NCBI GenBank assembly: GCA_965261395.1
Contig: OZ253462.1
Location: forward strand, 2,304,001 to 2,368,000
From: Candidatus Latescibacterota bacterium
GTDB taxonomy: Bacteria > Latescibacterota > UBA2968 > UBA8231
Length of the DNA: 64,000 nucleotides
Direction of reading: 5' to 3'
Positions within the stretch are counted from its first letter, which is position 1, and each line of letters begins with the position of its first letter. This document shows positions 30,407 to 38,636 of the stretch, one piece after another. The notes under the pieces were generated by a model. That model was given only the letters and a program-made list of their open reading frames with translations, ran no database searches and was not told where the DNA came from. A program made the translations under genes and the position numbers.

Positions 30407-31413
30407 TCCCGCTGCTGAGCGATGGCCTCGTAATCCGTCAGTGCATAGCCGATGCCCACGTAATCGAGCAGGTTGAGCAGCGCCCGCAGCGCGACCCCAA
30501 ACCCATCGACGCCGCTGAAGCCGCCAAACTGTCCGCCGCCCTTTAGGTGCGGCTCTAGGTCGAGGAACACGCCGGGAACTCCCTTCTGCTTCAGCTCGTG
30601 CTCCAAGGCCGGGATGCGGGTGCGGAAGTCGCGCAATATGGCTTCGTGCCCGGAGCCGCCTCGGTCAGCGGGCACAAAGTTTTTGAGCCGCTCCTCGTCC
30701 ACGACACCCTCCCATTGGAGAGCTGGGTCAATCTTGTAGTCCTTGATGTGCATCCAGCCAATCCCCTCGCGCATCGCATGATACTCGGCTAAGGTTTCGA
30801 CCGGAGTGAAGTTTTGGCTCGACAGATTGCCGCCGTCGAAAATCAGGCACAGGTTGGGGTGGTCCACCATCTCGTAGAGCTTTTGCAGCAGCCGCCCGTT
30901 CTGACCGACGAGGTTGGCCTCGACCTCTAAGCCAAAAATGGCCCCGCCCCGGCTGCAGACCTCGGCGATTTGCGCCAGCCGCTCGGCCGCCGGCTCCACG
31001 TAATTGGCTGGGTCCTCGCCCTGAGGATGGTAAAACGAGAACCCGCGAATTAGCCGCGTCTCGAACTCGCCGGCTAGATCCACGGCCCGCTGCACGTCCT
31101 GTTGCAAGTACTGGTCGAATGGGATGTAGGCATTGGCTGAGCCGTCTTCCACATCAAGCAGCTTGACCTTGCCAATCGGCGAGCCGATCGAGGCTATTGC
31201 AATCCCGAATTCGCCGTGCAATTGGCGCAGCCGCGCTATCTCGGGCTGCGTTAGCTGCATCGCGTTTTTGACGCCCTGCCCCACATCGACAAAGCGCAAG
31301 CTGTAGTGCGACATGCCCAGCGTCGCGAGCATGGTTAGCTGGGCTTCGGCCTTTTTGTCCGCCGGCCCCTCGTCGGCAAAGCCGCTGATGATCACCTTGG
31401 GTGTTTCGCTCAT
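30403..31413 (-). CDS. Sugar phosphate isomerase/epimerase TIM-barrel protein
   Basis: SGFADE, GSPIGK, FDGGN, HIKD, LEPHL. Confidence 0.8.
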   Translation of the reverse strand: MSETPKVIISGFADEGPADKKAEAQLTMLATLGMSHYSLRFVDVGQGVKNAMQLTQPEIARLRQLHGEFGIAIASIGSPIGKVKLLDVEDGSANAYIPFDQYLQQDVQRAVDLAGEFETRLIRGFSFYHPQGEDPANYVEPAAERLAQIAEVCSRGGAIFGLEVEANLVGQNGRLLQKLYEMVDHPNLCLIFDGGNLSSQNFTPVETLAEYHAMREGIGWMHIKDYKIDPALQWEGVVDEERLKNFVPADRGGSGHEAILRDFRTRIPALEHELKQKGVPGVFLDLEPHLKGGGQFGGFSGVDGFGVALRALLNLLDYVGIGYALTDYEAIAQQRD

Positions 31414-31524
31414 AAGGCTCTCCTAAGATTTTCCTAAGTATAGAGTTTGGACAAACCTTGACAAAACGCGCCCTCGCTGCTGTCTTAGGGCGTCCTGCCG
31501 ACTCAATTACAGAAGAAACTAAGA

Positions 31525-32531
31525 GTCAACCACCGCCCCCTGAAGGAGGCGACTTGTCCCTAGCTCACCCGGCCGCCGCAGCGGTAGGCAGGCCGAAACT
31601 ATAGGCTCGTTGACACAGAGCCCTGGCTCGGATATTCCGAGCCGCGTTGATATCGGCATGGGCTTGCTGCCCACACCGACGACAACAAAACCGAGATTGA
31701 GATAAGCGATTGGCCCGCTCGACATGACCACACTCGGCACACCTCTGACTAGTATGCTTGGGATCGACCATCTCGACCGACATGCCAGCGACTTGCGCCT
31801 TGTAGGCGATAAACTGCCTCAGTTGGTCAAAAGCCCATCCCGTCATGCGAGCGCGTTGAGGCTTGCGAAACCGGATGCTATCCCGGATACCCTTGAGGTC
31901 TTCGAGGGCAATACCCCGGATAGTGCCTTTAGCCTGCTCAACGATGCGCTTGGAGAGGACGTGATTGGTATTTCTACGGAAGTTGGCTTCTTTGCGCGCG
32001 CGTCGGTGCAGCTTCTTGCGGATGCGCTTGCGGCGGCGGGCATTTTGGGCTTGGTCGGCCGCCGATTGCAGCTTTTGACGCAGCGTCTGGCACTTTACGC
32101 GCACCCGCTCCACGTCGGCCCCTGAATACTGTTGACCGTCCGAGTCCGTCGCCAGATTCGCCACGCCCAAATCAACGCCAAGGAAGTCGTCCGGCTCACA
32201 CGTCGTCGCGTCGTCGTATTCGACCGTAGCCATCAAGAACCACTTACCATCGCGCCGACGCACCAACTCGGCATACCGCTTGACGTGGCCGAACTGCTCG
32301 GCTTGGTAGCGGCCCATCTTGCAAGGGATGTCCGTGCGGCCAGCCAGAGCCTTGAGGTTAATACACTCAAGCCCTTTGTAGCGGAGCAAGTGGCGATCAT
32401 AGGGCATCGACGACAGCGGGCGAAACGACATAAAAACCAATACAGTCCGTGTGGAAAACTTTGTCAACCCGTAGTAACCAAAGGGAGAATCGGCGTTTCC
32501 TCTGTCGCCTGAAGACGACAGGCTCCACGCC
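31525..32531 (-). mobile_element. Non-autonomous IS200/IS605 (IS1341-like) element; left boundary approximate
   Basis: Left-end hairpin CTGTCGTC-TTCA-GGCGACAG (~32501-32521); right-end hairpin GTCGCCTCC-TTCA-GGGGGCGGT followed by GGTTGAC ending at 31525; no tnpA. Confidence 0.75.
31565..32431 (-). CDS. tnpB: TnpB RNA-guided nuclease, N-terminally short (288 aa)
   Basis: RuvC motifs GVDLG, ALEDL and HADINAARNI; zinc finger TSQRCAECG...CRRCG. Confidence 0.85.
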   Translation of the reverse strand: MSFRPLSSMPYDRHLLRYKGLECINLKALAGRTDIPCKMGRYQAEQFGHVKRYAELVRRRDGKWFLMATVEYDDATTCEPDDFLGVDLGVANLATDSDGQQYSGADVERVRVKCQTLRQKLQSAADQAQNARRRKRIRKKLHRRARKEANFRRNTNHVLSKRIVEQAKGTIRGIALEDLKGIRDSIRFRKPQRARMTGWAFDQLRQFIAYKAQVAGMSVEMVDPKHTSQRCAECGHVERANRLSQSRFCCRRCGQQAHADINAARNIRARALCQRAYSFGLPTAAAAG

Positions 32532-32540
32532 GAAATTTCT

Positions 32541-35096
32541 ATGAAACCTCTACATCGCCTCAATATCATTCCATCCCTGCCCGAGCAGTTGACGCCGCTG
32601 TGGGAGCTGGGGTACAACCTCTGGTGGACTTGGAGCAAGGAGACCATCTGCACCCTCTACCAGATCGACCCGGAAACGTGGATCGAGAGCCAGCGCAATC
32701 CCCTGCGCTTTTGGGCTTCCCTGCGGCCGGACCAGCTCGACGCCCTAATTGCCGACGAGCAACTGCGGGGTCGCATCGAGCGCATCGTCGAGCAATTCGA
32801 GGGCTATTTGTCGCATACGGCGTGGTTTGGTCAGACGCACGGCGAGAGCCAGTTACAGGTTGCGTACTTCTCGGCGGAATTCGGCTTGACCGAGAGCCTA
32901 CGCATTTATTCCGGCGGCTTGGGCGTGCTCGCCGGCGACCACCTCAAGGCCGCTAGCGACCTAGGCATTCCCCTCGTCGGGGTCGGCTTGCTCTACCGCG
33001 AGGGTTATTTCCGCCAAGCCCTCAACGCCGACGGCTGGCAGGCAGAGCGAAACCCGGAAAACGACTTCTACCAGATGCCCGTACAGCCGGTCTACACTCG
33101 CGACGGAGGGCACCTGACCATTGAGGTCCCCTTTGCCCACGGCTTGGTACAGGCGCGGATTTGGCGGGTGCAGGTGGGCCGGGTGCAGCTCTATTTGCTC
33201 GATACCAACCTCGACGAAAATACCCCTGCGGACCGCGATATTACCGCCCGCCTCTACGGCGGCGACGCAGCCATGCGCATCCGGCAGGAGATTCTCCTCG
33301 GCATCGGCGGTCTGCGTGCTCTCCAGGCCGTGGGCGTCGAACCTACCGTCTGCCACATGAACGAGGGGCACTCGGCCTTTTTGGCCCTAGAGCGGATTCG
33401 TCGGCTAATGGCCGAGCACGGCTATTCGTTTGCCACAGCCCGCGAGGCCAGCGTCATGGGCAATGTGTTCACTACACACACCCCGGTCGCGGCTGGCAAC
33501 GACTGGTTCCCCGCGCACCTAGTCGAGGCGCACTTGGGCTATTTCCGCGAGTGGCTCGGCCTGTCGCACGAGGAATTTATCGGCTTGGGCCGGGTTAATC
33601 CCCGCGACCCCCACGCCGACTTCTGCATGACGGTCTTGGCGCTCAGGCTTTCGGGCCGGGCCAATGGGGTCAGTCGCCTGCACGGCGCGGTTAGCCGCCG
33701 CATGTGGCAGGGCCTGTGGCCCGACTTCTCAGAGCACGAAATCCCCATCGGCCACGTCACCAACGGCGTTCATCTCCACACGTGGATTTCGCTGGAAATG
33801 GCCGAGCTGTTCGACCGCAAGCTCGGCGACGCCTGGCGCTTTGTCTCGACTGACGAGCGGGACTGGGACCCGGTCTATCACATCCCCGACCGCGAGCTGT
33901 GGGACACGCACCAGCACCGGCGCAAGCGGCTGATTGACGTAACCCGCCATCACCTGCGCCAGCAGATGCAGGGCCAAGGCGCGCCGGCGGCCAAAATTGA
34001 ACAGGCGCTAGCGCGGCTCGACCCCGAGGTGCTGACCATTGGCTTTGCCCGCCGCTTTGCCACCTACAAGCGCGGCAACCTGATTTTCCGCAATATCGAG
34101 CGGCTCAAGGCCCTGTTCTCCGACTCGCAGCGGCCCTTGCAGATTCTCTTCGCCGGCAAGGCCCACCCCCACGACGACGCTGGCAAGGAGCTGATCCGCC
34201 AGATCGTCCACCTCGCGCGACAAGCGCCCTTTAATGGCCGGATTTTCTTTTTGCAAGACTACGACATGAACCTCGCCCGCTACTTGGTGCAAGGGTGCGA
34301 TGTCTGGCTCAACAACCCTCGCCGCCCCTTGGAGGCGTCGGGCACGTCTGGCATGAAGGCTGCGGTCAACGGCGTGCTCAACGTCAGCGTATTCGATGGC
34401 TGGTGGGACGAAGCCTGCGACAACCACGCTGGTTGGACCATTGGCCGCGGCGAGGACTACGACGACGAACAGTACCAAGACGCGGTCGAGTCCAACTCGC
34501 TTTACGACCTGCTAGAAACCGAGGTGATCCCGCTCTTCTACCAGCGCGATGCGGACGGATTGCCCGGCGGTTGGGTTGCCCGTATGAAGGAGACCATCGC
34601 CCAGCTTGCGCCGCAGTACAACACGAACCGCATGGTGCGCGAGTACGTCGAGCGGTTCTATTTGCCTGGGCAAGCTCGCTTTGAGGAATTGGCGGCCGAC
34701 CGCGAGCGGGTCCAGCGGCTGACGCATTGGAAGTCGCACGTGCGCTCCAAGTGGGCCCAGGTCCAGATCGGCGCGGTGGATGCCGAATTTCCGCGGCTGC
34801 TCAAGGTGGGGATGCGGGTGCCGTTGCGCGCCGCAGTGGCCTTGGGCGAGCTAACGCCAGAGGATGTCCGCGTCGAGATCTACGCCGGCCGTCTCAATGC
34901 CCAGCGCGAGTTCTCGCAGACCGAGGTGTATCCGCTGGAATTGGCCGGTCCCAACGGCGACGGCACCTATCATTTCGTCGGCACCTTCACGTGCGCGGCG
35001 GCCGGCTCGTACGGCTACACCCTGCGCGTGGTGCCCTCGCACTCTGACTTGCAAAACTCCTTGGAGATGGGGTTGGTTCACTGGGCGAAGGGGTAA
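32541..35096 (+). CDS. glgP: Alpha-glucan (glycogen) phosphorylase
   Basis: YSGGLGVLAGD, HMNEGH, ARRFATYKR, EASGTSGMK. Confidence 0.95.
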   Translation: MKPLHRLNIIPSLPEQLTPLWELGYNLWWTWSKETICTLYQIDPETWIESQRNPLRFWASLRPDQLDALIADEQLRGRIERIVEQFEGYLSHTAWFGQTHGESQLQVAYFSAEFGLTESLRIYSGGLGVLAGDHLKAASDLGIPLVGVGLLYREGYFRQALNADGWQAERNPENDFYQMPVQPVYTRDGGHLTIEVPFAHGLVQARIWRVQVGRVQLYLLDTNLDENTPADRDITARLYGGDAAMRIRQEILLGIGGLRALQAVGVEPTVCHMNEGHSAFLALERIRRLMAEHGYSFATAREASVMGNVFTTHTPVAAGNDWFPAHLVEAHLGYFREWLGLSHEEFIGLGRVNPRDPHADFCMTVLALRLSGRANGVSRLHGAVSRRMWQGLWPDFSEHEIPIGHVTNGVHLHTWISLEMAELFDRKLGDAWRFVSTDERDWDPVYHIPDRELWDTHQHRRKRLIDVTRHHLRQQMQGQGAPAAKIEQALARLDPEVLTIGFARRFATYKRGNLIFRNIERLKALFSDSQRPLQILFAGKAHPHDDAGKELIRQIVHLARQAPFNGRIFFLQDYDMNLARYLVQGCDVWLNNPRRPLEASGTSGMKAAVNGVLNVSVFDGWWDEACDNHAGWTIGRGEDYDDEQYQDAVESNSLYDLLETEVIPLFYQRDADGLPGGWVARMKETIAQLAPQYNTNRMVREYVERFYLPGQARFEELAADRERVQRLTHWKSHVRSKWAQVQIGAVDAEFPRLLKVGMRVPLRAAVALGELTPEDVRVEIYAGRLNAQREFSQTEVYPLELAGPNGDGTYHFVGTFTCAAAGSYGYTLRVVPSHSDLQNSLEMGLVHWAKG

Positions 35097-35266
35097 GGGA
35101 TGTGCGCTGTAGGTATAGACGCGCTTCAAGTTCGTCTTCGGGGATTGGTGGCTTCGCTATTTGTGGGAGTACCCAGCGAAGGCACCCCGTAGCAAAAAAT
35201 AAAGCCCCTGCCTCCAGCTTTTGCGGCATAGAGCGAGATTTTAAACTGAAACTGAGCCATGACCCT

Positions 35267-35611
35267 TTAAGGGTGTTGACTCGTCGTCAGTGAATCGGCG
35301 AGGGTGGTTACGATGGATTTCTCGTCCCGTTTCGATAGCGTACCGATTTTGCGTATCACCGATTTATTATCGAGCGTGAAAAGCTTTAGGCGGATTTTGC
35401 AAGGCACATTGAGGCCGGCTTCCTGCCAATTCTCAATGACTACATCGCTTGGCCATTTGTTTTTCGTGCTCGTAATCATGGCGAGGATCGTTTGCGTGTG
35501 GGCCTTATTGAAGCTCACTGAAGAGACGACTAGCGCCGGGCGGCGTTTCTTTTCATTGAGGTCTGCGAAGGGAAAGGGAACGACGACGACATCGAATGGA
35601 TCAAAGGTCAC
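35267..35611 (-). CDS. PemK/MazF family toxin
   Basis: DVVVVPFPFAD, KRRPALVVS, AMITS; GTG start after GAGGAGG overlapping the upstream stop. Confidence 0.88.
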   Translation of the reverse strand: MTFDPFDVVVVPFPFADLNEKKRRPALVVSSVSFNKAHTQTILAMITSTKNKWPSDVVIENWQEAGLNVPCKIRLKLFTLDNKSVIRKIGTLSKRDEKSIVTTLADSLTTSQHP

Positions 35612-36593
35612 GCCAAGCCTCCTCATCTTCTGGAGAAGTCCATTCTTCGCTCATCGTCTGATAAAGACCTCGCAGGTAATCTTCCTGAACTAGCGGCCAG
35701 CCACCGTAGGCTTCTATTGTTTCGTCAATGCTAGCCATGATGCGCGGCGTCTCGGCCAAGGCCGCACAGAGGCGACGGTAGTGGGCAATGCCGTCGTATG
35801 AGAGGGTGTGTTTTTTGCGGTCCTTGAGCCACTTCTCCGCCGGCTGGTAGCCACCAATAGTGAATTCCCACGTGTTTGGCTCAACGCCATCAAAATACTG
35901 CTCGCTGTTGATCCACACCCGCTTCTGCGGCGGCGCATAGCTCACCTTTTCTACGCGATTGTTGCCATCGACTGGAAAAACGGGGGCCTCGCCATCATCG
36001 GCTTCCATTAAGTGCAGGACTGTCAGTCGCTTCCCAAGCGCGGCGAGCGACTCAAACAGCGCACCGCAGTTGGTCACGGGAACGCGGGGAAAATCTGACT
36101 TGAGGAAGTCAGCGTAGCGGCGGCGGTATTCTGGGCTGTGGAGCACTGCGTAGAGGTAGTGGAAGACATCATCCGGGCCAAAGGTGGTGGTGAGATTGCC
36201 AGCACCGTCGGGGATGAAATCGAGGCTGACGGCTGATGCGAACTTCTTGATGAACCGGGAATCTAGGTTTGGAGCACGCGGGCTGGTGCCATCCGCTAGG
36301 GTCTCCGGCGGATAGATATACAGAGGGAACAGGTAGTTGACTTCTTTTAGAGATACTGTGTGGTGTTGAATGAGGTCCTTGGACGCGAAGACATGCTCCC
36401 AGCCCTTTGCGATTTCGGTCGATCTCGTAGTTGATAGCCCCAGATTCTCCCCGGCCAGTACATGCCGCATAACGTCATATACAGGCCATCCCAAAAACCC
36501 CTTTGACTTATCCGTGTAGTATGTCCACCTATAGTCAAAGGGCCTATATAGACAAAGCTTTATATATTCATCTTTGATTCGGCTTTGGTGCAT
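35601..36593 (-). pseudogene. C-terminal target-recognition part of a type ISP restriction-modification enzyme, fused to an antitoxin-like tail; 5' end removed by IS5
   Basis: YRPFD, FPLY, YAVLHSPEYRRRY...LKSDFPRVP, IGGYQPAEKWLKDRK, GGWPL, then DYLRGL...EWTSPEDEEAWRDL. Confidence 0.82.
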
Positions 36594-37765
36594 GAATTGG
36601 TGTTTTTTTCGGTTGATCGGTTGAATAAAAACAGGCTCCTCAGTAGATTGAGCACGACTTTCGCCAAAAAACCCATGCTTTCTCGTCCAAGGAACCTGTC
36701 ATGGCCAACCTATCGTCTTGCCCCTCTTCCGTCAAGCCTGGTCGCTCGCCTCGCCGTCGCTCCAACGTCGTGTACCGGGTACGTAATTGGGCCGACTATG
36801 AGGCCGGGCTGCAACAGCGCGGTAGTCTGACGGTGTGGTTCACGCCCCAGGCCGTCGAAGCTTGGTATTATCAAGGGCCGCCTCAGCGGGGGGCGCAATA
36901 TACCTTTTCGGAGGTCGCCATCCAAACGGCGTTGACGCTGCGTCTTTTGTATCACTTGCCCCTACGCCAAACCGAGGGGTTTGTCGCTTCGGTGTTGGCC
37001 CTGATGGGCTTGGATCTGCGGGTGCCCGATCACACGACCCTGTCGCGCCGTCAGGCGGGTTTAGCCGTGGCGTGGCCGCCCCAGCGGGGAGACCAACCGA
37101 TGCACTTGGTGGTGGATTCGACCGGGCTGAAAGTGTATGGCGAAGGCGAATGGAAGGTGCGTCAGCACGGCTGGAGCAAGCGGCGCACGTGGCGCAAATT
37201 GCACCTCGGGGTTAATGAAGCCACCGGCGAGATCGTCGCGCAGACCTTGACGACGAATAGCCACGATGATGCGGGGCAGGTGGAGCCGTTGCTGGCACAG
37301 ATCGAGGCCCCCGTGGAGGCGTTGGGCGGCGATGGGGCCTATGACAAACGCAAGGTGTTCAAGGCGTTGGCCGCGCCCGAGCAGGGGGCACCTATTCATC
37401 CGATCATTCCGCCGCGCAAGGACGCCAAAATCGAGCAACATGGCAACACCAACGCCGAGCCGTTGCCCCGCGATGAGACGATTCGAGCCATCCGCAAACG
37501 GGGCCGTCGAGGTTGGAAACACGAGAGCGGCTATCATCGACGCTCGGTAGCCGAAACGCAGATAGGCCGCTACAAACAGATACTTGGTGACACCTTGCGC
37601 ACCCGAACCCTAACCAACCAACAGACCGAAGCGCGGTTGGGCTGTGCCTTGCTCAACCGGATGCGGGCGTTGGCGAAACCTGAGTCCTATCCGCTAACCA
37701 AAAAAGCGTAAATCACACGCGAAAGAAGCCAACACGGCCCCGACCGGTTTTCATGCAACAAAGCC
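36581..37765 (+). mobile_element. IS5 family element (IS903-like)
   Basis: 16-bp IRs GGCTTTGGTGCATGAA / GGCTTTGTTGCATGAA (15 of 16 match); no target-site duplication. Confidence 0.9.
36701..37711 (+). CDS. IS5 family transposase
   Basis: YRVRNW..Y, DSTGLKVYGEGEW, WRKLHLG, GDGAYD, GYHRRSVAE. Confidence 0.93.
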   Translation: MANLSSCPSSVKPGRSPRRRSNVVYRVRNWADYEAGLQQRGSLTVWFTPQAVEAWYYQGPPQRGAQYTFSEVAIQTALTLRLLYHLPLRQTEGFVASVLALMGLDLRVPDHTTLSRRQAGLAVAWPPQRGDQPMHLVVDSTGLKVYGEGEWKVRQHGWSKRRTWRKLHLGVNEATGEIVAQTLTTNSHDDAGQVEPLLAQIEAPVEALGGDGAYDKRKVFKALAAPEQGAPIHPIIPPRKDAKIEQHGNTNAEPLPRDETIRAIRKRGRRGWKHESGYHRRSVAETQIGRYKQILGDTLRTRTLTNQQTEARLGCALLNRMRALAKPESYPLTKKA

Positions 37766-37766
37766 G

Positions 37767-38558
37767 TCCCCAGGCAAAAAAGGTGTTGCCATTCCGAAGC
37801 CCATCCAAAAGGGTATCGAATTCCGCGACGTATCGTTTTGCTATCCAGGGTCTAATGAGTACGTGCTGCGCAATATCTCCTACCATCTTCCCACCGGGCA
37901 TACGACGGCTATCGTCGGCCCTAATGGAGCTGGAAAGACGACACTAGTTAAGCTATTGATTCGACTATATGATCCAACCGAGGGGGCGATTTTAGTGGAT
38001 GGAATAGACCTGCGCGAGGTTGAACCCGAGTCGTGGTGGCGTCATATGAGTGTTATCTTCCAAGACTTCCAACGCTACAATCTATCGGCACGGGAAAACA
38101 TCGGCTTTGGCGAATTGGAGCACTTGCATGACGACGATAAACTCATGCAAGCAGCACGCCTTGCTGGAGCTGAGACGCTGATACAACAGTTCCCGAGAGG
38201 ACTTGACACCATGTTTGGTCGCATGTTCTCCGACGGGATCGAAATTTCCGGCGGGGAGTGGCAGCGCATTGCCCTTGGCAGAGCGTTTATTCGGGACGCA
38301 CAAGTAATTGTATTGGACGAGCCGACAGCATCGCTCGATGCTTTCACTGAGCAGGCAATATACGAAGGATTCGCGCGAGCGATTGTCGGCAAAACGGGGT
38401 TGCTGATCTCGCACCGATTTTCCACTGTTCGCATGGCGGACAGTATTCTCGTCCTGAAGGATGGGCAACTCGTTGAATATGGAACGCACGAGCACCTCAT
38501 TTCAACAAACGGCCTCTATGCCGAGATGTTCACAGCTCAAGCAAGTCAATACAGGTAG
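37767..38558 (+). pseudogene. ABC exporter nucleotide-binding domain; membrane domain lost at the IS5 junction
   Basis: IEFRDVSF, GPNGAGKT, ISGGEWQR, LDEPT, ISHR; the frame is open back to the IS end. Confidence 0.85.
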
Positions 38559-38636
38559 GGATTCATCGACCGTTTGCAAATGCGAACGGATTCGGGTCTG
38601 CGTATCCGCTTGAGACGTTACACGCCAGCGGCAGTC

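Noticed and set aside
31565-32653. 362-aa TnpB call starting at 32653
   Set aside because: The extension runs through the element's left end and into glgP antisense; it is not TnpB-like
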